The notes below the pieces were generated by a model. It searched no databases. It was not told where the DNA came from and saw only the letters and a list, made by a program, of their open reading frames with translations. Position numbers and translations under genes: made by a program. Shown one piece after another: positions 30,761 through 39,835 of a stretch of 64,000 nucleotides of DNA. Within the stretch, counting starts at the first letter, position 1, and each line of letters starts with the position of its first letter. Source of the stretch: Obrimoposthia wandeli (taxonomy: Eukaryota); NCBI GenBank assembly GCA_977020255.1, contig CDROCS010002469.1:372001-436000 (forward strand), written 5' to 3'.

Positions 30761-31333
30761 TTAAGCTTTCACCCGCATAACGCGTCCTACTTGTCTCGGT
30801 TTATCTAGGCTTTCATGTGCCTTCATTATTTTGGCGAGCACTTCTTGCACCGCGCTTTTAATTGGCGCCGCTTTTGATTGTTGCATATCGACGTGCAACA
30901 GCATTTGCTCCGTCGTGGCTAATAGTTCGTGGGTATCCTTGTGGTACATACTGTGGAAAAAATGTAAGCGCTTTGCATCTAAACCTAGCAATTGGGTAGT
31001 GAAATACAAAGGCTCACCTTTAGAAACTTCCAAGAAGTAATTGATATGGGTTTCAACTGTGTAAAAAGAATATCCACTTTCTCGATAAGCTTCATCGATA
31101 CCGATATAGCGAAATAGGGCATCAGATGCATCGCCAAAAGCGAATAGATAAAAGGATTCACTCATGTGATTGTTATAATCCACCCAAGCTGGTGACACAA
31201 CACAATCGTATAGTTTAAGGGGGCTTGCGAGCTCGTGCGCTTCTTCAAAGCGTAAGTATTCACGGGTTAAATAAATTTCATTATCCAAAACAACTCTCCG
31301 ATGTTTTTGTTTTCTCGGATCAGCAGCGAGCAC
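30761..31333 (-). CDS. Hotdog-fold thioesterase (carnitinyl-CoA thioesterase-like); resembles the isolated C-terminal domain of fused carnitine dehydrogenase
   Basis: Motifs WVDYNNHMSESFY, YTVETHINY, LDAKRLHFFH and EQMLLHVD. Start is uncertain: GTG 31333, or TTG 31288 with a GGAGAG SD. Confidence 0.78.
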   Translation of the reverse strand: MLAADPRKQKHRRVVLDNEIYLTREYLRFEEAHELASPLKLYDCVVSPAWVDYNNHMSESFYLFAFGDASDALFRYIGIDEAYRESGYSFYTVETHINYFLEVSKGEPLYFTTQLLGLDAKRLHFFHSMYHKDTHELLATTEQMLLHVDMQQSKAAPIKSAVQEVLAKIMKAHESLDKPRQVGRVMRVKA

Positions 31334-31692
31334 TGATAATAAGTATTATTCTATGCTGATGTTTTGCACACAACATGACTTAAATAGCACTTTTATCTTC
31401 ACTATTTCGACAGATATATTGATTAAAGAACATAGAGAAAGAGATGTTGATAAGTAGATAGGTATGAATGATGCTTAATGCATAAAGGAGACTTTGATAG
31501 GTATATAGCTTCAAACTAGTTGAATCGATGCACTATCTCGCATCGCTGAATATGGCTCCTCTGGAAAAAAGTAAAAAAGTGCTACTCAGATGCTAATTTG
31601 ATTATTAGCTTAAATTTATGTTCGGACTAAAGAATTATTTAAAATCATTGTATGAGGAATATTTCTCATGGGCTTAGCCCTGCAGTACAAGC

Positions 31693-32151
31693 TCATGTCA
31701 TTTCTAAACGCATAGGTAAGTCTTTAATCCCAGCGCGTTCTCGCACATCCATGTAAGGAATAAAACCCCATTTTTTATATACTTGCACAGCATTTAAAGC
31801 TGAATTAACCGTAAATGTGCCATTATTCCCCTGCTTGATGCATTGTGATTTTGCATGCTGCCATAGCTGTTTAGCAAAACCTTTACCTTGGTGTAAATCA
31901 TCGACAAAAAGGTGATATAAATGTGAATTTTCTTTAATTGCGACAACACCAATAATTTCATTATTTACTTCACCAACATGATATTGATAACCTTGTTCTA
32001 TATAGCTCTTTATACTAGTTACGTCCATTGAATTAAGCAGTATCTGCGCACCTGAATCGCTACAGCTAGGTGCGATATGCTTGATAACTAATGTAGATAT
32101 TAATGCACTTATCGCGCTGCTGTCATTTTGATTTGCTTTTCTTATGATCAT
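31693..32151 (-). CDS. GNAT family N-acetyltransferase
   Basis: Motifs HLYHLFVDDLHQGKGFAKQLW and TVNSALNAVQVYKKWGF. Confidence 0.85.
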   Translation of the reverse strand: MIIRKANQNDSSAISALISTLVIKHIAPSCSDSGAQILLNSMDVTSIKSYIEQGYQYHVGEVNNEIIGVVAIKENSHLYHLFVDDLHQGKGFAKQLWQHAKSQCIKQGNNGTFTVNSALNAVQVYKKWGFIPYMDVRERAGIKDLPMRLEMT

Positions 32152-32333
32152 ATTTTTATTTTCGAAAATAGTCTTTTATTAGCATTATTACCTTGAGACC
32201 TCACACTAGCGTATCCATCCACAATCAGATAAAGGAAAATCGACATTATAGAGAGTTTAATACTGTAAAAGAGCATTTTAAGCCGATTTTTTAACGCTGC
32301 ATCATTGAGCGTAGTCGTTATCCGAGGGCTCAC
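32148..32333 (-). CDS. Putative 61-aa single-TM ORF (small protein or truncated sensor)
   Basis: The GTG start overlaps the upstream stop (GTGA) and its TGA overlaps the GNAT ATG (ATGA). One hydrophobic stretch, MLFYSIKLSIMSIFLYLIV. Confidence 0.4.
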   Translation of the reverse strand: MSPRITTTLNDAALKNRLKMLFYSIKLSIMSIFLYLIVDGYASVRSQGNNANKRLFSKIKI

Positions 32334-33331
32334 TTTGTATTTAAATCTGTTTTCTTGTGTATTGAAAGACAACTATTCTTTACCCATGAAAGAACAACCT
32401 GCTGATACTTTTGCAACCACAAAAGAGCTGCTTCATCTTCTGTATACCCATCATAATCAACCAGTGCAGCGGCTTCGGCTATCATTTGATTATTTAAATC
32501 TATATTGCTGATAAACTGATAAGCACAGGGAAAGGTTTCCTCAAATGGTGACCACGCCGCTTTTTTAATCCAACCATCTCGAATATTGCCGCAATCAAAT
32601 GCTATATAAGGGCTTACTCCCCAGCTGGGATCAGTTTCACACTCAGGTGTGTATTTTGGGAACTCCACAAACTTACCTTTAACTCTTTGGTCAGTCCAAT
32701 TAGGCGTCCAATTAAGTAGCAAAATGGGTAGGTTCGCGGTTTGTGCTTTTTCTAACTTTTCCCAAATATCACTACTATCTGTATGGCGTTGAATGCGAAA
32801 GTTGAGTTTAAGTGCGCGAATCAGATCAGCATCTCGATAAGGCCAAGGACCCGTAAGATATAAACCTTCTGATTTTCCATCCTCAGAAAATAATTCAGCA
32901 CAGCCTTTTAAGGCTCTCCAATCAGGTAAACCTGGGCACAGCTTTTCTACATACAGTGGGTACCACCAATCTTCTATGGTTAATGCTGAGTGAACACCTA
33001 AATCTGTAATGCGCTTTTTTTGCAGCATATCAGTAAATTCATTACTGGCGGATGCTTGCCAAATTTCAAGTTGAAAATGCACGCGACCTCTAGCTAATGC
33101 GCCCCACAATGCATCTTCTGACATAGTTTGGTACGTAACCTCATACTGATATTGGCTAAAGGTTTTACCCATAGCAATAGAAATAACCCTTTGGCTACTC
33201 CAATCCAGCAATGGGATTTTAATCGTCTTATGTTCAGCTATCGCAATGTTACTGAAGGTGAATAGTGTCGAATAGCCCAACAAAAAACACAGCACTTTAA
33301 AGGTACTTATTTTTACGTCGCGTATCTTCAT
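32330..33331 (-). CDS. Orphan glycine-betaine/ProX-like substrate-binding protein
   Basis: Signal peptide and motifs DWSSQ, FQLEIW, WWYPLYVEKLCPGLPDW, WTPNW and WIKKAAW (aromatic-cage family). No permease in the window. Confidence 0.82.
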   Translation of the reverse strand: MKIRDVKISTFKVLCFLLGYSTLFTFSNIAIAEHKTIKIPLLDWSSQRVISIAMGKTFSQYQYEVTYQTMSEDALWGALARGRVHFQLEIWQASASNEFTDMLQKKRITDLGVHSALTIEDWWYPLYVEKLCPGLPDWRALKGCAELFSEDGKSEGLYLTGPWPYRDADLIRALKLNFRIQRHTDSSDIWEKLEKAQTANLPILLLNWTPNWTDQRVKGKFVEFPKYTPECETDPSWGVSPYIAFDCGNIRDGWIKKAAWSPFEETFPCAYQFISNIDLNNQMIAEAAALVDYDGYTEDEAALLWLQKYQQVVLSWVKNSCLSIHKKTDLNTK

Positions 33332-33402
33332 TGATTCATCGCCTTAGTCATTCCCCGACTTATAACAAAGCTGCTATTTTTTTGTGTAAACCTCTATTAG
33401 AG

Positions 33403-33510
33403 ATCATTAGTGTCCGGTTTAATTTTTATTGTTCTTTAACTCATTGATTTCACGCTAAACATAAATCAATGAGTTAGAGAGCTTACACTTCTTAACCGGA
33501 CAGCAATGAT
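33403..33510. mobile_element. 108-bp MITE-like nested palindromic element
   Basis: 17-bp imperfect terminal IRs (15/17), a perfect internal 14-bp IR, and TAGAG repeated directly on both sides (33398-33402, 33511-33515). Confidence 0.6.
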
Positions 33511-33540
33511 TAGAGATACTAGTCATTGGATATATAACCG

Positions 33541-34320
33541 TTATTTGGGAGTATATTTCTTACCACATATTTGTGTTGTTATTTCACCAGATGTCGTGCG
33601 CAAAGCTTGAATTAAGCGCTGCTGAATTTCTAGTTTGCTCATCATGGCTTCTGGACCTGAAACATTAATCGCGGCAATAACTTCACCATTGTAACTATAT
33701 ACAGGCACAGCAATTGCAATAGAGAAATCGGAACCATTTATATGGTAACCTTTTTCCTGCTCACCTTCACACTGCGTAATTAAATCAGGTAATGTTTGCG
33801 GCGACGGTGCTGGATAGTCATCTAGCTTTTTACCTTGATACAACTGCTCTAAAGCTTGTACTGATAACCCTGATAAAAGCGCTCTGCCCGTTGCGGTGCA
33901 ATGGCAGGGAAAGCGGCTGCCTACGGGTACATTAACTGAGAGTGTTTGCAGTGCAAGTGCACGAAAAACGTATAAATTTTCGTTTCCTTCGCGAATAGAT
34001 AAATGGCTTGAAAGTGAAGTGCTGTCACGTAATTTAGTAATATAAGGAGCTGCCTGCTCTACTATTTCACGACTCGCCAAATAACTAAATCCACTGGAAA
34101 GCACCTTAGAGCCCAACTCATAAGTGTTAGTACTTATTTTATTTAAGAACCCCATGTTTGTCAGTGTTTGAATTATTCGATACAACGAGCTAGAGCTAAC
34201 CCCAAAAGCCTGTGCAATTTCCGCTTGTGTTAAGCTGCGCTGATGGCTATCGAACATTTCTAAAATTTGTAACCCTTTCTGTAACGCGGGTACAGTGTAA
34301 TCTTTTTGTGACACTAACAT
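33541..34320 (-). CDS. IclR family transcriptional regulator
   Basis: Motifs VPALQKGLQIL (HTH), HCTATGRALL and IAAINVSG. Confidence 0.9.
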   Translation of the reverse strand: MLVSQKDYTVPALQKGLQILEMFDSHQRSLTQAEIAQAFGVSSSSLYRIIQTLTNMGFLNKISTNTYELGSKVLSSGFSYLASREIVEQAAPYITKLRDSTSLSSHLSIREGNENLYVFRALALQTLSVNVPVGSRFPCHCTATGRALLSGLSVQALEQLYQGKKLDDYPAPSPQTLPDLITQCEGEQEKGYHINGSDFSIAIAVPVYSYNGEVIAAINVSGPEAMMSKLEIQQRLIQALRTTSGEITTQICGKKYTPK

Positions 34321-34842
34321 TCCTTAATTTATGTTATGCAGTATTAATAATACGGTATAAACACAAAAGAGGCTAAAACTATTGGTGTATCTGAAGAGCA
34401 AACATAGCGATAGGTATTAACTTCATCATTCTATAGTTGAATCTAGCCATAAAAGAACTTCTTAGACAGAAATTAGCTGTATAAATACTATATAAACGCC
34501 ATGTACTTAGAAACCTTTACACGCTTGCTTGAGCTTGTAAATCGTTTGGTGTAAAGATTTCATAAGCTAATGCTTCACCTTAATTGTTTTTCACACTGTG
34601 CGTAAAGCAGTACCTTCTCGATAATTACGCACTAATATTGGTATAACCCAGCAAACAATAAATATATGAGATAAGGCCTCAACTTAATTTCTATTTTCAC
34701 AGAACCCGAAAGATTTGCCTTTGATTTTAGTGAGGTTTTATACTGAAAAAATCAATTTATCGAGTTACGCAAAACTTAATGTACAACCTGCTCCTTTGAG
34801 CGATGAGATCACCACATCGTGCAAATCTACAGACACACTAAT

Positions 34843-35532
34843 TCATGTACTTTCTAAGTTAAACAAGTGAGCTTTAATTCTTTCGTAACCATAGCCAATG
34901 TAAATTTTTTGAATGTAACCGACCGCGTTTAAATCATTATTTTGTAAAGCTCTTTCAAGTTCGCTAAGCTCCGCCACTAAAGATGGAAATGCTTTAATAC
35001 CAATAGAGTCAACGATGCGATACCAAACACTTGCTGCTTGATAATAAGTTTGCTGCCAAAATGACTGCAGCACGGTATTTGAAATGAGCTGACATAAAAG
35101 TTGCTGTAACTCATGGTTTATTTGCATATAACTGCGCGCTTGCTCCATTGAGCTTAAGGTCCTCGCTCTTTGCAACAAATGATTAATCGATGCTAAATGC
35201 GATGCTTCTACTGTGACGAATGAAAGTTCACCAATTAAAGGGGCTAAGCGTAATCGAGTTTCATAAACATCAGCAATTTTCGCATGCGTTAATGGCTTAA
35301 CAATCGTCCCTACCCCATTGCGCGTTTCAATTAAATCTAAATGGGCGATTCGACTTAATGCATCTCGCACTGGAGTGCGGCTGACGCCAAACTGGGCTGC
35401 AATTTCTGCCTCTTTAAATTGATACCCCGCTCGATAATCGAGCAGGCAAATCCCCTCTAAAATAGCCTCTTGTATTTTTTGTACCATTTGAGTTCTATCT
35501 TCATTTAAAGCGATTTTACCAGTAGTGATCAT
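34843..35532 (-). CDS. GntR (FadR subfamily) transcriptional regulator
   Basis: HTH EAEIAAQFGVSRTPVRDAL with an FCD-like C-domain; divergent from the M24-nitrilase pair. Confidence 0.88.
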   Translation of the reverse strand: MITTGKIALNEDRTQMVQKIQEAILEGICLLDYRAGYQFKEAEIAAQFGVSRTPVRDALSRIAHLDLIETRNGVGTIVKPLTHAKIADVYETRLRLAPLIGELSFVTVEASHLASINHLLQRARTLSSMEQARSYMQINHELQQLLCQLISNTVLQSFWQQTYYQAASVWYRIVDSIGIKAFPSLVAELSELERALQNNDLNAVGYIQKIYIGYGYERIKAHLFNLEST

Positions 35533-35879
35533 ATTACGTTTTCCGCTGCTATTTTCAGAGGATAATTCTAGAGAGATGTAAATTGAGGGTCAATACAATT
35601 CCTCTTTCCTTGCTCGGCTCACCTTATCGGATAAATTTTCATATTTAACTTCCCACTAACAATGACGACTCAAACGCTAATAACTTTCATTTAATAAGCT
35701 ATTATCCCTTGAGTTCAGACAATGACGAAATAAGTACATTTTCCCTTACTAAAGCGACTGATGCATACAGCAACCTTGTTATTATGCTATTTTTGGAATT
35801 ATTATTGTTTAATTCCAATAAGCTGTATACAGTTGAGTTATTAGTTAATCATTAGAAACCTTTAAATAAGGATTTTCAC

Positions 35880-37037
35880 ATGTTAGAGCAAGCAAAAATT
35901 CGTACCCTTGAGTTACAAGCCCGTATGCGTGAATTAGGTATCCAAAAAGCGTTATTTACTGACGAAAGCTCTATCGCATACCTTGCTGGTTTCTGGGGTT
36001 ACTTAGGAATTGAGTTTGGACGCCCTAGCATGCTGATTATCGATGCTAATGAAGCTCCTATTGTAATCACTCCTTTTATGGAGTCTGAAATGGTTGAAGC
36101 GATGACTTGGATAGAAGAGGTACAAGTTTGGGATGACGTCGGCCCTAGAAGTTGGGGAGCCGCTTTACAAAAAGCTTTTGGTAGTTCAGTGCAACAACTG
36201 TGGATAGAAAAAAACCATATTCCTGCTATTGTGCGTAATTTCTTAGATGAAACATTTAAAGGGGCATTACTACAAGACATAACACCGGTGCTTGGAATAC
36301 AAAGAATGATAAAAACGCCTTTTGAAATCAATATAATGAAAGAAGCGGGTGCTATCGCTGGGGCGATGATGTCTGCAGCGCATGAATCACTCGCACAAGG
36401 CAAGCTTGAATACGAATCGGCACTGGCGGTGATAAATGCAGGTTCTCACAAGGCGGCTGGTTTTTTAACCGATAGTGGCTGGGAGCGCTTTGTATCTCCG
36501 ATGATTCATAACCTGCAAATTCTGCAAAGTGGTGAGCAATCTTCTATGGTACATCGGCGCGCTTCCGTAAAAGCGTACCAAAAATTTGATCCGGTGTATT
36601 TTTGTTTTTGCAATATGGTGCAATTTAAACAATATAAATTAGGCTTTGATCGAATGTTTCATATCACCGATATTACCGACCAAGCCAGGCATGTGCAGGA
36701 AGCGGCAATTGCCGCTCAACAAGCCGCTATTGCAGTTATTAAACCCGGTGTGCTTGCTGAGGAAGTCGCCGCTGCTGCCAATGAAGTTTATCAGCAAAGA
36801 GGTTATCAAACAGGCTATAGAACAGGTCGCTCTATCGGCGTTTCATACCTTGAAGCCCCTGAACTAAAAAAAGGTGACAAAACCGTACTACAAGCGGGCA
36901 TGACATTTGCTGTAGATGGGGGTATATCAATAGATGGGCAATCGGCTGGGCGTATTGGAGATTCGATTGTTGTCACTGATACAGGCTTTGAATATTTAAC
37001 TCATTACCCGCGTGAAATTCTATTGAGCCAGGATTAA
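35880..37037 (+). CDS. M24 (pita-bread fold) family hydrolase, Xaa-Pro peptidase/creatinase-like, lacking canonical metal ligands
   Basis: Creatinase-N domain, RMIKTPFEI, GMTFAVDGG and IGDSIVVTDTGFEYLT. See findings for the active-site changes. Confidence 0.8.
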   Translation: MLEQAKIRTLELQARMRELGIQKALFTDESSIAYLAGFWGYLGIEFGRPSMLIIDANEAPIVITPFMESEMVEAMTWIEEVQVWDDVGPRSWGAALQKAFGSSVQQLWIEKNHIPAIVRNFLDETFKGALLQDITPVLGIQRMIKTPFEINIMKEAGAIAGAMMSAAHESLAQGKLEYESALAVINAGSHKAAGFLTDSGWERFVSPMIHNLQILQSGEQSSMVHRRASVKAYQKFDPVYFCFCNMVQFKQYKLGFDRMFHITDITDQARHVQEAAIAAQQAAIAVIKPGVLAEEVAAAANEVYQQRGYQTGYRTGRSIGVSYLEAPELKKGDKTVLQAGMTFAVDGGISIDGQSAGRIGDSIVVTDTGFEYLTHYPREILLSQD

Positions 37038-37044
37038 TATAACA

Positions 37045-37827
37045 ATGAATAGCCTTAGTGTGATGGTTTTACAAAACCCCGCTTCATTAGTAGGCCCAAT
37101 GCAGCGCTTTACATGGCTAGCTGATACTTTGGCGAAGACTGATCTTAGTGAGATTGATTTAATATTACTGCCTGAGTTATTTCTATGTGGATATAATATT
37201 GGCACTAAAGTGACTTTGTGGTGCGAGAGTGCGCAAGGTGAATACGCACAGAAAATAGCTGCTTTATGTAAACTTTATGGAGTCGCTATTCACTATGGTT
37301 ATGCCCAAAGTGACCAAGCAAAGCTATATAACGCTAGTAATTGCTTTTCTAAAGATGGCAAAAAACTAGCCACACATCAAAAACTAGTGCTTCCACCAGG
37401 GGATGAAAAAACCTATTTTAGTGCCGGTAAGCAGCACACTACCTTTCTACTTAATGGTTTTAAAATAGGTACATTAATTTGCTATGATGTTGAGTTCCCA
37501 GAAAATTGTCGACACCTTGCTAACATGGGCGTTGATGTAATTTTAGTCCCTACCGCTCTTGCTGCACAATGGGGGGTTGTTGCGCACAAAGTCATCCCCA
37601 CTCGCGCTTTTGAAAATGGTGTTTATATTTGTTACGCCAATCAAGCAGGTAGTGAGCAGGATTTAACTTACCTCGGCGCCAGTTGTATTATTGGCCCCGA
37701 TGGCCAAGAGTTACAACGCGCCACTGAACATGCTGAAGTTCTAAAAGCTAATTTACATAAAGAACAAGTTACAAAAGCTCAAACAAGACTACCTTACCTG
37801 CAGGACTTACAACAATTATCAATATGA
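37045..37827 (+). CDS. Carbon-nitrogen hydrolase (nitrilase superfamily amidase)
   Basis: Intact Glu-Lys-Cys triad in LLPELF, HQKL and LICYDVEFPE; also RAFENG. Confidence 0.88.
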   Translation: MNSLSVMVLQNPASLVGPMQRFTWLADTLAKTDLSEIDLILLPELFLCGYNIGTKVTLWCESAQGEYAQKIAALCKLYGVAIHYGYAQSDQAKLYNASNCFSKDGKKLATHQKLVLPPGDEKTYFSAGKQHTTFLLNGFKIGTLICYDVEFPENCRHLANMGVDVILVPTALAAQWGVVAHKVIPTRAFENGVYICYANQAGSEQDLTYLGASCIIGPDGQELQRATEHAEVLKANLHKEQVTKAQTRLPYLQDLQQLSI

Positions 37828-37856
37828 AAAATCACCTATATTAATTCGTTAGACAT

Positions 37857-37890
37857 AAAAAGCTGAACAATAACGAATTCATGTTCAGCT
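37857..37890 (-). terminator. Rho-independent terminator of the aldo-keto reductase gene
   Basis: AGCTGAACA...TGTTCAGCT 9-bp stem preceded by an A-run on + (a U-tail on the minus-strand transcript). Confidence 0.55.
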
Positions 37891-37916
37891 GCTTAAAGCC
37901 ATTCTCAAAAGTAAGT

Positions 37917-38945
37917 TTATCCCTGCGAAGAAAGCGCCCACAAATTAATTCCAGATTCTTGTGCATAGCTATCAATAAGGGAAAGCTGTGTATCACTAAA
38001 TTGTAAGTTAGCTAACGCCCCTATGCTATTTTCAAGCTGAGCAACACTGCTCGCGCCTACTAAGGCACTGGTTACTCTTCCCTTGCGTAATACCCAGGCA
38101 ATTGCCATTTGTGCCAGCGTTTGTCCACGTTGTTCAGCAATATCATTTAGCGCTTTTATACGTTGCATGTTTTCATCGCTTAACTGTTCTTCCCCCAACG
38201 ATTTTCCCTGCGAGGCGCGGCTACCAGCACTGACCCCTTTTAAGTATTTATTGGATAACAAACCTTGAGCCAAAGGAGAAAAAGCAATCGAGCCAATCGC
38301 CAAATCATCCAGCGTATCTAATAAACCGTCATCTTCTACCCAGCGGTTTAGCATTGAATAACTGGGCTGGTGAATTAGGCAAGCTGTACCTAAATCTTTA
38401 AGTATCGCCACTGCTTCTTTAGTACGCTGCGAATTATAAGAAGAAAGACCCACGTACAACGCTTTTCCTTGTTTCACAATACTATCTAGTGCCCCCATTG
38501 TTTCCTCTAAAGGCGTATTTGGATCAAAGCGGTGCGAGTAAAATATATCCACATAGTCTAAACCCATGCGCTGTAAACTTTGATCTAAGCTGGCAATTAA
38601 ATACTTGCGACTACCCCACTCCCCATAAGGCCCCGGCCACATATCGTAACCTGCTTTAGAAGAGATAATCATTTCATCTCGATAACTGGCGAAATCCTTT
38701 CTCAGCATCTCACCCATAAAGGACTCAGCAGCACCGGCGGGTGGCCCGTAATTATTTGCGAGATCAAAATGAGTAACACCTAAATCAAAAGCGCGTCGCA
38801 CTATATCGATTGACGTTTGGCGTGCAACATCTTCTCCGAAGTTATGCCACATGCCTAAAGAAATAGCAGGGAGTTTCAAGCCACTGTTCCCACAGCGATT
38901 ATATTGCATTTCTTGGTATCTATTTGCCAAGGCTGCATAGCTCAT
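37917..38945 (-). CDS. gpr: L-glyceraldehyde-3-phosphate reductase (aldo-keto reductase MgrA/YghZ)
   Basis: Motifs CGNSGLKLPAISLGMWHNFG, HFDLANNYGPP, ISSKAGYDMWPGPYGEWGSRKYL and HQPSYSMLNRW. Confidence 0.92.
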   Translation of the reverse strand: MSYAALANRYQEMQYNRCGNSGLKLPAISLGMWHNFGEDVARQTSIDIVRRAFDLGVTHFDLANNYGPPAGAAESFMGEMLRKDFASYRDEMIISSKAGYDMWPGPYGEWGSRKYLIASLDQSLQRMGLDYVDIFYSHRFDPNTPLEETMGALDSIVKQGKALYVGLSSYNSQRTKEAVAILKDLGTACLIHQPSYSMLNRWVEDDGLLDTLDDLAIGSIAFSPLAQGLLSNKYLKGVSAGSRASQGKSLGEEQLSDENMQRIKALNDIAEQRGQTLAQMAIAWVLRKGRVTSALVGASSVAQLENSIGALANLQFSDTQLSLIDSYAQESGINLWALSSQG

Positions 38946-39080
38946 AATATCTCCATTGCTTTATTAATTACCCATTAAATAATGGGCTTACGTCCTTTTA
39001 CGATAGCCGCTAATACATGTTTAAATCAAGCTTGTGGAGTTAAATTAAAATTGTAGTTGCTTTTTATATACAATACATAT

Positions 39081-39104
39081 TTAATTTATCAATTGATTAA
39101 CTAA
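39081..39104. promoter_or_regulatory. Candidate TetR operator (imperfect palindrome)
   Basis: TTAATTTATCAATTGATTAACTAA is 20/24 palindromic with a perfect ATCAATTGAT core, 19 nt upstream of the tetR start. Confidence 0.5.
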
Positions 39105-39122
39105 TTATTAAATGTATAAATA

Positions 39123-39776
39123 ATGAATAAAATTGCGATACAAAAAGCACTGGGCAGGCCTGTCGATTTATCACTTCAGGAAACACATAAACAAAGACTA
39201 TTAGCGGCGGCAGCTAAATTGTTGCAAACAAAAAGCTATAAAAGCATCACCATAAGACAGCTTGCCGAAGAAGCTGGCACCCAATCAGCCATGATCAGCT
39301 ATTATTTTAATAATAAACAAGGGTTATTTCAGGCGTTGATAGACAGTGTTTTGCAAAACCCTACCAAAGCACTAACAAAAATTGCCAGCGCTACTCATCC
39401 CATACATGCATTTATAGAATTCATGTTAGATTTAGCGAACCAAAAACAAGGATTAATTCGCTTCATTCACGATGAAGTACTCGCTCAAAAATCGCCACTG
39501 AGTGAGCAATTCTTGCAAGGTTTTCCCAAGAAACTGAGTATTTTTCTAACCCAACTCATTCAAACAGAAATAAATCAGGGCCGCTATCGATCTGATCTTA
39601 ATCCAAAACACGCAGCTTTTTCTTTAATGAACTTAATAATGACACCTTTTATCAACACCACTATAAGTCAGCAAGTATGGCAAATTGATAGCGAATTACT
39701 CACCACTAAAGCTTGGACTGAGCATATATATCAACTGTTTAATCTAGGTTGCCAAGTTTTGCCGCTAGATCGCTAA
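39123..39776 (+). CDS. TetR/AcrR family regulator
   Basis: HTH ITIRQLAEEAGTQSAMISYYFNNKQGLF; first gene of the RND operon. Confidence 0.9.
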   Translation: MNKIAIQKALGRPVDLSLQETHKQRLLAAAAKLLQTKSYKSITIRQLAEEAGTQSAMISYYFNNKQGLFQALIDSVLQNPTKALTKIASATHPIHAFIEFMLDLANQKQGLIRFIHDEVLAQKSPLSEQFLQGFPKKLSIFLTQLIQTEINQGRYRSDLNPKHAAFSLMNLIMTPFINTTISQQVWQIDSELLTTKAWTEHIYQLFNLGCQVLPLDR

Positions 39777-39835
39777 AAATACAGCAGGACCGATTCGAGA
39801 ACAAAAAAATCAGCAACTGCTGTCGGAGATTCACT

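Noticed and set aside
38971-38986. CCCATTA-AA-TAATGGG palindrome upstream of gpr
   Set aside because: It is short (7-bp arms) and cannot be tied to any regulator; not enough support.
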